Shown: positions 51,086 to 64,000 of the stretch, in pieces | How positions within the stretch are numbered: position 1 is the stretch's first letter | Layout: the number at the start of each line of letters is the position of its first letter | Origin: Eledone cirrhosa | Lineage: Eukaryota | Assembly: GCA_964016885.1 (NCBI GenBank) | Contig: OZ024741.1 | Coordinates: forward strand, 357,926,001 to 357,990,000 | DNA: 64,000 nt | Direction: 5' to 3' | Translations under genes and position numbers: made by a program | Notes under the pieces: generated by a model | What the model saw: only the letters and a program-made list of their open reading frames with translations | Database searches by the model: none | What the model was told of the DNA's origin: nothing

Positions 51086-51874
51086 GGGAGTATTGGCTAA
51101 GAATGTGTGTATGCGTGGGGGATATGAGTGTGGTGAGTAATGTTGAGAATTGCTGTTAGTGAGTGATAGTGGAAAAATGGGACAGGCCACATTGTATGCT
51201 GCAGGTCAGGTCTTCTTCAGCAACGCATAGCACCAGCCCTCATAATCTTTAGTCATTTCTGTTGTGAGGTTTAGTTTTTTAAGGTCCAGTCTTCACAACC
51301 TCATTCTATGTCTTCCTGGGTTTGCTATTTCTACAGGTCTCAGTCACTGGGGTTTCTCTGCATTTCTTTATGCAGCTGTAATATTCCATGCACATCACCT
51401 GGCCATACATTGCAGTCTTCTCTCTTGCTTATGCTACGTTTCTCATGCACACTAATATTACACATCCATCAGAGCACACTCGACTCATTCTTTCTAGCCT
51501 CCACAGGTCTTCTGTAGCCAAGGCCCATGTTTCACTGTTATGTAGCATTGCAGTTTGCACAGAGGCATCATACAATCTACCCTTCATTCTGCGAGAAAAG
51601 CATTTTGTTGTTAGATATATATACATATTGCATGTCTATACCAACACAAACTTCTCTCCTGCACACTACACCTAATTCCCTTTACACTCAGTTTTTCCTT
51701 CAACACATCTGTACTTTGCTGTTCATGCACACTAACATTACACGTCCAATGGAGCATGCTTGATTCATTTATTTCTAACCTTTGCATATCCTCTGCATTC
51801 AAAGCCTATGTTTCACTACCTTACAGTATAGCACTTTGTATTAACCCTTTAACATTTAAACCGGCCGTATTCGG

Positions 51875-52652
51875 TGCAGGGCAATAAAGATAGACGGTAG
51901 CCACGGAGTAGGCAGACCCAGAAAAACATGGGACGAGCTGATAAATTCCGACCTCACACGCTTACACCTCTCCAAGACAATGTCACTGGACCGAGACCTT
52001 TGGCGGTACTCAGTAATAGAGAAGACCCGCCTTACCTAAATACAAAGTAAAAACCTACTACAGTCAGTAGGCATCTCTATCAAAACACACCCCCGTCCCA
52101 CCACCTCCACCCCACCCACACCGCCCCTTTCAATGTAAAGTTATGTTGGTCCCACAACATCCAGGCCGAAACAAATGAGATCGTGTAGGTGTCACGACAA
52201 AAAACACACAGTCCACGCTGTAAATGTGGCCGTGTAGGCAACACGGTAAAAACCTCCCAGCCCCACACTGTAAATGTGGTTGGTGTTAGGAAGGGCATCC
52301 AGCTGTAGAAAACCCGCCAGACAGTCCACGCTGTAATGTGGCCGTGTAGGCAACACGGTAAAAACCTCCCAGCCCCACACTGTAAATGTGGTTGGTGTTA
52401 GGAAGGGCATCCAGCTGTAGAAAACCCGCCAGACAGTCCACGCTGTAATGTGGCCGTGTAGGTAACACGGTAAAAACCTCCCAGTTCCACACTGTAAATG
52501 TGGTTGGTGTTAGGAAGGGCATCCAACTGTAGAAAACCCGCCAGACAGTCCTATGCGAGCAAGACAACCACTCTTGCCTCAAGTGGGAAAACCCCCGTCC
52601 AAACCCATGCAAGCGTGGAACACGGACGCTAAACCTGATGATGATGATGATG
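51875..52652 (+). mobile_element. Young RTE LINE 3' end inserted into a piggyBac MITE; 3' UTR has a 112-bp triplication
   Basis: Matches ~14583-15104; ATTCGG target duplication (51869-51874, 52653-52658); host MITE 51845-52807 has TTAA flanks; unit starts at 52208, 52321 and 52433. Confidence 0.9.
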
Positions 52653-52875
52653 ATTCGGCCAGAATTCTCTCACCTCTTTCTATTCAAACCAGCCACAACC
52701 TGATGCTCATACTTATGTTAAGGTATTGCTTTTAACATAAATAATATCAAAATCTTGAGATAAAGTGTTTACCGTGAAAATACAAGAGTAATGTAAATGC
52801 TAAAGGGTTAATGTCAAAATCAAATAATAAAAAAAAAAAAGGAAATGCATTCCATCAAAGAGGCTTAGTTTGTAC

Positions 52876-52996
52876 CTTTTACTGTGAAGTCATTTGGACG
52901 AGAAGTTTGTTTGAATGGTCCAACAGCTTCCATATTGAATAGTATTCGAGGAATAGCTGATGGTACGCAGTCAATAATGCCAGCAAATGGATGAAC
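52876..52996 (-). CDS. SIRT3: Sirtuin-3 coding exon (121 bp)
   Basis: Follows a 94-bp intron. TAG acceptor, AG|GTACA donor. Encodes [40 protein letters not shown](G). Confidence 0.92.
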
Positions 52997-53090
52997 CTAG
53001 CAAATACAAACACATTATAAAATTCATTATTATTAGTAATACATAGAATTTAATGTATTTAGTAACTATTGCAAAACATATTTTTCTTAC

Positions 53091-53207
53091 TTCAAGTGAG
53101 GTACCCATAATGAGTATAAGCTCAGCTCTAGACATATCTTTGCGATAATGATAGAAAGTTTTGGGCAGATCTTCTCCAAAGAATACAATATCTGGTTTTA
53201 TAATTCC
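53091..53207 (-). CDS. SIRT3: Sirtuin-3 coding exon (117 bp)
   Basis: TAG acceptor, GTAAG donor. Encodes [39 protein letters not shown] (KPDIVFFGE and GTSL sirtuin motifs). Confidence 0.95.
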
Positions 53208-54720
53208 CTAAGAATAAAAAAAATATAAATGAAAATTGTGAAAGAATCATAACAGAAAGAAACAGTTATGTTGACTTTATAAAGACACACCTAGTTTAGT
53301 TTGGCAGCTATTATAATTAGTGCAATAAACACAAATAAACAATTATATTGAGCTTGTAAAAGTACAATTAGTTTAGTTCAGTTGCTATTAAGGTTTCTAT
53401 GAGTTTAGTATGAAGAAAAAACATATAAAGAATTTTCCAATGAAATTTTGAGCAACATTTTTAATAGTGGTAAAGTAAATGCATCTCCATTGGTGTTGAC
53501 AATGAGTGTTCGCGTTGTTTGAATAATGGAACAGCCTGCTCGTGAAATTAGTGTGCAAGTGAGTGAGTATTCAACAGATATATGTATCCTTACTATAATT
53601 CTCAGAAAGATTCAGTATGTGACAAATATATTTAAATTACAGGTACAGTCCATCTTGCATTATAGTGTAAGTGTCTGAGTATCCCACAGACAAGTGTACT
53701 TTTGATATAATTCTTAGAGTAACACCTTGTGACAGAGCCGGCACTTTGAATTACTGGTACAGTCCATTCAACAGCCTTCCAAATAGTTTCCATCTACTCA
53801 ATTTCACTTAAAGTCTTGGGTCAGCCCAAAGCTATGGTAAAAAACACTTGCTTATGATACGATATAGTTGGATTGAACCTAGAATCATGATTCCAAATTG
53901 CATGAACATTACTGTGGAGCAAAATCCATCAAAATATTTACTGCAGTTTCAGAGGAATGAAATGCAGAAACAAATAATCTCATATATCATCGTAGTTTAA
54001 CATCTCTTTTCCATGCTTGTGTTGGTTAGACAGCTGTGACATGCTGAGGCTGGACTGGTCAGGTGACAAGATCTTGATTGTAAACTTTATTTTGGCTTAG
54101 TATCTACAGCTGGAGGCCCTTCCTAATTCCAAGCACTTTACAGTGTCTACTGGGAACATGGGTTCTATGCCTGATGCCCTGCCTATCACCAACTACTTTA
54201 CAGCATGTACTAGGAGCATTTTATCATGACTCCAGCACTATCACCTTATAGGATGGACTGGGTGTTTTTTGTCATGGAAATAAACATCATCAGCAGTATA
54301 TATTCTATTTTCCATGCTGGCATGGGTTGGATGAGAATACTTTAAGGCAGAATTCTATAGATGGATGCCTTTCTTATACCAACTTTCACTTGTTTTTTAA
54401 GCAAGCTACGAATCTTCGCACCTCTAACTGCTGAATAGTGGAATAACTGTTTACGCAGAATAGGTATCATTGCCTTCCTTAATGGCAAATGTGAAGAGAA
54501 GAGAAAAACAAATGCAATAAGACACATGTATAAAATAAAGTACAAGTCACATACTGGAGTTGATATAAATGACTTTCCCCTTCCCATAAATTGTTGGTCT
54601 TGTGCCTAAATTAGAAATCATACATTAAATATAAATATATAGAACAACCTGTTTAGGGTGAAAGCCAAAATTTATTGCTTAAACTTTTAATCTGTACTGA
54701 TGATGATGATATATATATAT

Positions 54721-54860
54721 CAATTTTATTAAGGCTAAATAGTGAGTCTTGTTCAAGACTCACTATTTGGCTTTAATAAAATGAATATTTAAACTATACT
54801 TTGTTATTGAGTACTCTGGTGCATTATGGTCCACATGGTATCTTACCACACCCTCTTTGT
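54721..54860 (+). mobile_element. (TA)n-embedded short element with strong hairpin (family also at 21773-21873 minus and 61939-62071 plus)
   Basis: Shared core TATTGAGTACTCTGGTG..TTATGGTCCAC.TGGT...TTA.CACAC in three places, each flanked by (TA)n on both sides. Confidence 0.7.
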
Positions 54861-54910
<50 letters not shown>

Positions 54911-55431
54911 CACCCATATATTGAGGTCATCTTTGCCTTTCATCCTCTTGAGGTCGATAAAAAAGGTACCAGTCTAGTACTGGTGTCGATTCTTCCTCTA
55001 TATCTCTTTCCCTCTCTCTCACTTTCTTTCTCTGGAAGAAATCTGTACTCAAGCCTGGAGAGGAATGGGCTCCGCCAGGCTCAAAATACCCAAGAAACAC
55101 CGAATGTCTATACGGCACCTCTGTGACTATCAGGAATTACCATACATACATACATATATACAAGCTCTTCACAGTTTCCATCTATCAAAATTCAAAAATT
55201 CACTCACAAAGAATTAGCTGGCCTGACACTATAGTTGAACACACTTGCTCAACATGTCACTGAGAGATAGAGTCCACTATAACCACATATTTGCAGAGCA
55301 AATTTCTTGATATATAATTAAAACATAAATAAACTGAAGCTCAAAAGAATTTAGTTTTCAGTAGATTTTAAAGAAATAAATACATTGCTGAATGAGATAC
55401 AATGAATGAAGTTATATAAAGTAAATCTTAC

Positions 55432-55476
55432 CTCACATTGTTTACATTTAGGAATATCTTCATTAAAAATAGCATT
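55432..55476 (-). CDS. SIRT3: Sirtuin-3 coding exon (45 bp) with second Zn-binding CxxC
   Basis: Poly-T/CAG acceptor, GAG|GTAAG donor, phase 0. Encodes NAIFNEDIPKCKQCE. Confidence 0.9.
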
Positions 55477-56422
55477 CTGGAAAAAAAAACAGCAATTACA
55501 GATTTTATTCTCTTTATATCAAATGAAGAAGTTGAATGAAGAAGCCTGGACAGTTATCATCATTTCATATCTGTTTTTCCTGCTAGCAAGGGTTTGATGG
55601 GCCATCACAGACTAAGTCAATGCTTAATTGGAGCCTCTGATCTTTCAGATGGGCCTTTTGTTTGGCAGGTTTTCTATGGTTGGATTGCCTATCACTAATC
55701 ACTTTACAGAATGTACTGGGTGCATTTTATTGTGTCACCAACACTAGAGAGGTTGTGTCCTTGACAACTGAAGAGTCCTCTCATAACTTTTTTGGTATGG
55801 TTTCTACAGCTGGCTGTCCTTCCTATCACCAACCATCTTACAGGGTGTACTGGGTATATTATTTTGTGGCACCAGCACTAGGGAGATAGTATAAAATATC
55901 TATCTCTACTTTATACATATATATATATAAAATAGAAATAAATATTTTATACTAAATATATATATATTATGCAGGTGTTAGAAAGGGCATCCAGCTGTAG
56001 AAAAACAGCCCCAAAACACTCAGCCCACACTGTAATGTGGACATGTAAAAGACATGGCAAAAAGCACCCAGCACACACTGTCTATGTCGTTGGCGTTAGG
56101 AGGGGCATCCAGCCATAAACTCTCCTATATGAGCGAGACACTGTCACCTGACTCAACTTGCCTCTAATTGGGACAAACCTGTCTAACCCATGCTAGTGTG
56201 GAAGATAGATGTTAATCGATGATGATGATGATCTTTATTTTTATGACTGCTTTGCCTGGTTTGCATGGGTTGGACCATACCTTTGTGGCAGGTTTTTCTC
56301 AGCTAGATATTTAATTCATATATATATATTGCAGATGTTCAACACTGCAGTTTATGGAAGACATAAACAATTGTCACTGATGGTTTATATAAATGGTGTT
56401 GTTGTTTGGTGCACAGACATCC

Positions 56423-56453
<31 letters not shown>

Positions 56454-56607
56454 TACATACATATATATGTTATATATGTCGGTATTTTGATCTCCATTTT
56501 ACACCCACCCACCCCTATTTACCACCATTCTTCTGGACCAATCAAATGGTGGTAGTGTTAAAATAGCTTAAAACTCATAACTCTAGCATCTGTATTACTA
56601 TTAATAA

Positions 56608-57503
56608 TCTATATATATAAAACTGTGGTTGTCTGTCTGTCTATCGATTTTTGGCACACATCTCCTCTTAGAATCTCTCACGGAATTGCACCGAAATTGC
56701 TAGACTTGTACATTGAGCCCTAGCGAAGACATCGGAAAAAAAAATATTTCAAATTGACCCACCCTATGTGACGAAATCGAATATAATGTATCGATTTTTG
56801 AGCGTAAGTTATCAGTTATTTCCCTTTGTTCTGTTTACATTGAGCGTCTTACGTAAAAAATTACGCTGGCTTTCTCAGCGTTTAAAATGACATATTGACC
56901 TGCAAAATTCATCAGTTTGAACACTAAGCTTCCGTTTTGCTTCATTTCCATTTAAAAGCATTTTAAAACAATATTTTTACTTGAAAACAAGTCTATTTAA
57001 AGACTACGTAAAACAAGCAAATATTTCGTCGTTAGGCGTGCAGACAGACAGTCGTGCAGAGAGGTGATATACGCATGCAGACAGATAGTCGTGCAGAGAG
57101 GTGATATAGGCGTGCAGACAGACAGTCGTGCAGAGAGGTGATATAGGTGTGCAGACAGACAGTCGTGCAGAGAGGTGATATAGGCGTGCAGACAGACATA
57201 ACTGATAATTTGGTTACGCTAATGTTTTTCTCTGCGTTGCAGTGTTTACATTTTCGATCTTTGTTAATAAATAACCAGTGCAGTTTCTATCCCCAGCATC
57301 CTCTTTTGTTATAACATTCGGGTTATCGTTATGTTTTCTTAACTTCATAAGGCATATTGTTGGTTGAGGGAATATTAATCAAAAACACCACATGCAAGTC
57401 TGCACAGTAGACACTACAGTTTTTAAGCCAAAAAAGAAACTTAACATTGTAACTTTAACACAGCTACTGAGCGACCCCGAGCAACGCCGGGCTTTACTGC
57501 TAG
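56608..57503 (+). mobile_element. Intact non-autonomous Helitron (896 bp) in a SIRT3 intron
   Basis: A|TC start, subterminal hairpin CCCGAGCAACGCCGGG, CTAG|T end, no TSD, CpG-rich (young). Confidence 0.88.
57033..57198 (+). repeat. 37-bp minisatellite (4.5 units) inside the Helitron
   Basis: TAGGCGTGCAGACAGACAGTCGTGCAGAGAGGTGATA at 57033, 57070, 57107, 57144 and a partial unit at 57181. Confidence 0.95.
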
Positions 57504-57529
57504 TATAAAATATAAGTACTGTGTGTTTT

Positions 57530-59172
57530 ACTGGACTGAGAGCCAGTGAACCTTCTTCATTTTATGTATGGAAAGCTGGCACCAACTCCAATACAGATTC
57601 CACCTCCCTTCTCAAATACCCATCCCACTCTTCAAGTAAATTTCATAACTTCAGAGCTACAACCAATAATGTAAGCACAATGAGAGGAAGGTCAGTTGAG
57701 ATTGTAGAAATGTTAGAGCAAAAGAGAGTGAACATGTGTTGTGTACAAGAGACGAGTTGGAGAAGAAGATCAGCTAGACTCTTTGTTGGTAAAGAATGAT
57801 ACTACAAATTTTTGGGGTGGGTAATGATTAAGGGCTAAGATATTCCTATTAGCAGAAATATGGGTAGATAATGTTATAGCAGTAAACAGGGTAAATGACA
57901 AAATCATTAAACTTAGGATAGTCCTAGATAGAATGACTATATTACATCAGCATATGCACTGCAATCTGGGCTCCCAGACAGACAAAAAGGATGACTTCTA
58001 GGAATCCCTAATACAGACTACTTCTCTAATAAATGACAAGGAACTCTTAATTATAGTAGGACATGTTCAATATCCAGACCCTCTTAAGGAAATGGCCCTG
58101 CTCAGTGTGTAGGAAAGGGGTGGGTAGAAATTCCATCCTCAGTCCCAAACACAAAATAAAGGTACACAAGAGATGTAGTGGGATCTAAAGTAAGTTAGCT
58201 AAAAATGTAGGTTTTACATGTGGGCATTACACATGAGTGGTAAGCAGAAACCACTCTCAGGAAACAAGTGCTATCAAATTCTTGGAAGGTTCCATGGAAG
58301 CAGTTGACAGCTTGTTACCTGGGTGACCAAATTAGCAGTGGAGGTAGTTGTTCCGAAATTACAGTAGCCAGAGTGAGGGTGGAATGGAAAAAGTTCAGGG
58401 AGCTACTACTGCTGCTAGCTACAAAAAGTTTTCTCCCCAAAATGAAGAGCATGTATATGAGCAGCAATGTTGCAAGGTTGTGAGACATGGGCGTTGTGTG
58501 CAGAGGACCTGCAAAAATTTGAAAAAAATAAAGCTGGTATGTTTTGATGGATGTGTAATAGTAATATACATGAACACCAATAAACTGGGCACAAGAGGAA
58601 TCAGATGCAGGGTACAGGAGAGGAGATTGCGTTGGTATGGACATGAAGAATGACAGCTGCATAAAAAGATGCAGGGCACTCAAAGTTGATGGTAGCTATG
58701 GGGTTGGAAGACTTGGGATGAGGTGATATGGCTGACTTTACACAATTGCACCTCTCAAAAGTGATGACACAGGATTGTGATCTCTGACATTATGCAGTAA
58801 TATAGAAGACCCGCCTTTCCATGTGCACGGGCTGAAGCATACATCTAGTATGCACCTACCTTCCCCTCCACTGTCCTAACATCTAGATCTACCACTCCAA
58901 TCCCCATGTACCTGCCCCACCCCAATCCCCAGTCCATATTGTAAAGTGCCCAGTTCACACTGTAAAGTGGTCGTGTAGGTGTCACAACAAAAAGCACCCA
59001 GTCTATACTGTAAATGTGGTTGGTGTTAGGAAGGGTATCTAGCTGTAGAAAGCAAGCCAAAATCAGTTCTGTATAAGCAAGACATGGTCATCTGATCTGG
59101 CTTGTCTCACAAAGGGACAATTCATCTAACCTATGCTAGTGTGGAAAAATGGATCTTAATCAGTGATGACGA
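57530..59172 (+). pseudogene. Internally deleted RTE LINE (AP-endonuclease N-terminus joined to PHD/RT C-terminus and 3' tail)
   Basis: TNNVSTMRGRSVEIVEMLEQKRVNMCCVQETSW (APE start), an abrupt jump at ~58085 to KWPCSVCRKGVGRNSI, then WKKFRELL and RRLRWYGH, and the same tail as 13244-15104. Confidence 0.8.
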
Positions 59173-59754
59173 TATGTATACGCATACACATGATAGGTAG
59201 GTGGGGACTTTGTCTTAATTCCAACTTAGTGAAAGCAATGGATGTTTTGATCATGTTAGATCTCAGCAAAGCATATTCCCTTAGCATGTTAACTTAACTA
59301 CTCTTTGTTGTCAGACATAATCATTATAGAATTCAAATCTCTTTTCCTATACATTTAATTGACCAGTACACTATGTACAAAAAAATGGAGGCATAGCATC
59401 AGTTAGACTCTTCCTGATCAAAGAACATGGGCACAAAATTTTCTGGGTGGGTAACAGTCCTGGGGTTGGGTGAAGTTGACATATTATTGGGAGAGAATGC
59501 GGAGATAAAATAATTGTGGTAATCTCAGAATGTGACAGAAAAATTTAGGTTCATCATGGACAACAACAGTTATCTCTGAATTGTCCCCATAATCAAATTG
59601 AGAGTTGAACAAAAGACTGTTTTTCTGAGACCCTCAATAAAGAATGAGCAGCCACATAATTCTGACTTGCGACTTTAACTCTTTTGACACCAAACTTCCT
59701 GAAACTGCTTCTGTTTCTATAATAAAAAACTGTCAACTTCAAAGTGTATATTTA

Positions 59755-59922
59755 CCGTATTTCCTGGCGTCGAAGACGCTACCTTTCTTCCTAAAATAAG
59801 TCTAAAAAATCTACCATGCATCCTGGAGGCCAAAGGTTATTTATTATTTGTTTTCGAATTTTGGTTGTTAAAATTAGGGTGCGTCCTCGAGGATGAAGCG
59901 TCTTCGGCGCCGGGAAATACGC
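59755..59922. mobile_element. Tc2/pogo-like MITE nested in a piggyBac-type MITE
   Basis: TA|CCGTATTTCCTGGCGTCGAAGACGC ... GCGTCTTCGGCGCCGGGAAATACGC|TA. Confidence 0.85.
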
Positions 59923-60265
59923 TATGTAAAAATCTTCCATCTTAATTTTGCGTAAGACCTTTTTGTTAAGTTATGTTTCAAACATCAGCTTAAAAATGGA
60001 GAATTTAGTTATTTTGTTAAACCCCTCTAAATTCTTGATTTTCATAATGAAAGGGTGCACAGAGAGTCTATTTTATTTGAAATAGGGTGACATGTTTATA
60101 TTTCTCTAAAAACCTATCATAATTTTACGTTATGATATTTAATAAGCTATGCTTCAAATATCAGCTTAATAATGAGAAAGTTAGTTACATTACTAAATCC
60201 TTCCAAATTTTTGATTAGTTTCAAAATTATTTGAAAATTGTAGATAGTGCTTTTTATTAGAAATA

Positions 60266-61310
60266 CAGTGGAACCTCAGTTCTTGAACAATTTTCTGAAC
60301 ATAAAGACCTTGGATACACAAGAGGTGTAGTGGGATAGCAGGCAAGCTAACAGGAAAAGAAAACTTGTAGTAGATGTTCATGGAAAATTGATAGTAGAAG
60401 TGTCAGTGATAAGCACATTTTTCAAATGCAGGAAGGATCTATAGAGGTCGTTGGTAGCTTCCGATATCTAGGTGATCAGATTAGCAAGGGAGGAAGATGT
60501 CCGAGGCCATAGTATCTAGAATAAGGACAGGATGGAAGAAGTTTAGGGAGTTGCTTCCTCTGTTGACAATGAAGGGTTTCCCCTTACGAATGAAAGATCG
60601 GTTGTATGATGCCTGTATAAGATGCGTGATGCCGAATGGTAGTGAGACATGGGCAGCAATTGTGAGGATATGCGAAGGGTGGAGAGAAATGAAGCAAGCA
60701 TGCTCCAATGGATATGCAATGACAATGTGCATGAACGACCAGGCATGGGCAAGTTGAGAGTGAAACTGTGTATAAGAGGAATAAACTATAGTGTGCAGGA
60801 AAGAAGACTGCATTGGTATGGCCATATGATATGCATGGAAGATGACTGCTGGGTGAAGAAGTGTCAAGAAATCCCAGTGGAAGGAAGACGCAGTAGAGGA
60901 AACCATGAAAAAACATGGGCGGAGGTGGTGAGAGCAGACCTCAGATTGCTGAAGCTCACAGAGGAGATGACGATGGACCATGACAAATGGAGAGATGCTG
61001 TGCTGAAGAGGACTTGTCCCACTCTTGCAAGAAAGAAAAAGCGGATGTAAAATGATGACGATGATAAAACGTCTCGGTTCACAAAAGGTAACGAACAGGC
61101 AAGCCGGAAACAACAGTTGACAATGAGCTTGGAATATCAGCAGGAAAGTGTCACTTGTTGTGTAGTTAGTTACTATAGTGATATCTGTTTTCTTTCACAC
61201 AGTCTCTCTCTCTCAACATTTTGTAGGGAAAAATAGTTTCAGTTTACAAACATTTCAGGTGATGAACAGCCTTCAAGAATGAATTAAGTTTGTGTACCGA
61301 GGTTCCACTA
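60266..61310. mobile_element. Tigger-like MITE (TIRs as in 1522-1792) split by an RTE 3' fragment (~60305-61065)
   Basis: TA|CAGTGGAACCTCAGTT ... ACCGAGGTTCCACTA termini; internal GWKKFRELLPLL and RRLHWYGHM ORF pieces. Confidence 0.75.
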
Positions 61311-61606
61311 TGGAGGTGATGACAGTAGGAGTTTGGCTCCTCTGTATTCGGACCTAGTGTATATGTGTGTATGTTTACTTCTATTCATTCGGTATGACAG
61401 TATCTACACTCCCTACTTCTTTGATCCATCCCTAATTTATGATTCGTTGTGTTAAAAAAAAAAAGGGTTAATAGGCATGTTGGAGAAACATCATAATAGC
61501 TACTTGTGAGTACATAGAGACTTTGGATATGGTACAAGACTCAAGAGGGATCAAGTTTTGTGGTTTTCAGATATAAAAATAGAAGATTTTGAGAGATTCA
61601 ACAGAC

Positions 61607-61707
61607 CTTGACTTCATTTCCTTTGTATTTCTTTCTACAAGCAAGACATGTAGCATGTGCAAATGTTCCATGGCACTCAATTAGTTTGGAGCAAGGTATC
61701 CCTGATA
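61607..61707 (-). CDS. SIRT3: Sirtuin-3 coding exon (101 bp) with catalytic His and first Zn-binding CxxC
   Basis: CAG acceptor at 61708-61710, donor GTCTGT. Phase joins the previous exon (T+TA=Leu). Encodes LSGIPCSKLIECHGTFAHATCLACRKKYKGNEVK. Confidence 0.93.
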
Positions 61708-62953
61708 CTGAAAGATATGAAAACAACAGATACAAAGAAGTGCTGGAACTAAGAAGTAATGTTTTTTTCTTCTATTTTAAAGAAAATGACTGAAATATTT
61801 TTAACTGTCTCATAATGACAAAATAAAATGAACCCGAGACTGCCTAATCTTTGTGAATGTATTAGGTTGATGGAACCTGTAAGGAAACTCATAGTGTGTG
61901 TGAGTGGGCCGGAGCTCATATATATATATATATATATATGAGCTCCGGCCGTTTCGACAGCTAAATCCGAACTAAGCCACAAGTCCTGACTCTTTTGCAC
62001 TCTACTACCCTAGGTATTGAGTACTCTGGTGTGTTATGGTCCACCTGGTAACTTATCACACCCTCGTTGTTTATATATATATATATTCAGGTATTTGCTG
62101 TTGTCTTTTGTATGAGGTTCACACATTATCTTTGTCCTCCACTCACAGTTGCTTCAAAATCAAATAATTAAATAATTAGCTACACAGAAACAATTTTGTG
62201 TGTCATTGAGTGATGATTGGGTAATTCCAGATAAATCAATTTGAGTTGCCCTCCTGTAAATACATCTTTGATAATACATCTTGTGATGTGTGTATATATA
62301 TATACATACACACATCACACAAAAAGTTATTTGTCAATAATATGGTGAACACCTCAACGAAACGATAGCTAAAATATATACAAATTTTATTGTCCCTCAT
62401 AGATAGATATTTACTTAGTTGTTTAATCTATGCATGCATGTAATTTATACACCACGCTGGGTTAGTCAGGATAAACTCCATTTACTAACAGGTGGATATT
62501 AATTTTTTATACTTCCAAAGAAACCCTCTGATGATAGAATCTTCTTCCAGTATTGCTTGTCTTAATTTATTAAGATGGTCAATATTGTTTCCAGAAACTG
62601 CAGTCAGAGAACAGATGTGATTGAAATGCTCTTGTATTAGTTGGCTCTACTAGTATTCTATACATCAGTAACTTTGCATAAGTTATTCTATACATATATA
62701 TGTATATATATAAATTAAAATTAAAAAGTGATTAACATATATATAAATATATCAAACATTAACAGGAGATAATTTGTAAAGAATGTAAGTGATACTCATT
62801 TCCAGTCATGTGAATTGCAGCAATGTGGAATGATGGGCTTTGCTCAAAGACATAGTTCATCACTAGTTTTGGGAACTGAACCCAATATCTTATGATTGTG
62901 AACCCAACACCTTGACCATGAAGCCATGCACATTCATTCTTTCAAGTAAATCA

Positions 62954-63412
<459 letters not shown>

Positions 63413-64000
63413 CTAACATAGGCACAAGGCCAGCAATTTTGGGGGAGGGGAAAGTCGTTTATATCTACCCCAGTATTTTAATTGTAGTTCATTTTATTGA
63501 CCTCAGAAAATTGAAAGGCAAAGCTGACCACAACAGGATTTGAACTCATAATGTAAATGGTGGTAATTAAATGCTATAACAAGACTCTACTGATACTGCC
63601 AATTTCCCCTGCCCTTAAATTTTTTACATTGGCATAAAGCCCTAAATTTATTGGGGTGGGATCATCATCATCATCACTATTTTATGTTCATTTTCCATGT
63701 TGGCATAGGTTGGATAGGTTATTATGGTGTGAGCTGGTTCTTAATTTGAGTCACTGTTTTCCTAGACAGGCCAGGGGGATCCATGTCATGTTCATATATT
63801 ACAATGGTTTCTATGATTGAATGCATTTCGTAATACCAACCACTTTATGGAGTGCACTGAGTGCAGTTTATTGTGGTACCAGCACTATAGAGGCTGTCAT
63901 ATCCTTAACATGACTAAAGAGTCATTTCTACTCTTGTTTCCATTTGATTATTACCCACTTAACAAGGTTTAAAGGATATAGTACTGAATTGACCTCACTA

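Noticed and set aside
57033-57198. 37-bp repeats of CRISPR-like length
   Set aside because: Units are contiguous with no unique spacers, there are no cas genes, and the context is a eukaryotic Helitron.

Overview
AT-rich, repeat-dense eukaryotic (animal) genomic DNA. The SINE/LINE repertoire looks like a coleoid cephalopod (octopus-like); this is inferred from family resemblance only. The one host gene I can support is a spliced sirtuin, SIRT3, on the minus strand: six clear GT-AG coding exons between 63335 and 49738, a probable terminal exon at 46014-46184, and 5' exons beyond the right edge. Nearly all other ORFs in the track are spurious or retroelement debris (RTE, CR1, Vingi, CRE-like LINEs). 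The rest is tRNA-headed SINEs, piggyBac- and Tc1/mariner-type MITEs, two non-autonomous Helitrons and microsatellites. The most interesting observations are: (1) two diverged copies of a structured, oligo-T-terminated RNA-like element with Y-RNA/sbRNA-like features and covarying stems (24.5 and 25.9 kb); (2) a near-complete hammerhead ribozyme (15164-15230, minus) inside a Helitron carrying nested LINE/SINE insertions; (3) an RTE reverse transcriptase with an inserted C4HC3 PHD finger; (4) (TA)n-centred palindromes and a (TA)n-embedded element family; (5) a sharp CpG-rich domain (~19.5-30.9 kb) that implies unannotated transcription units on both sides. All alignments and folds were done by eye.
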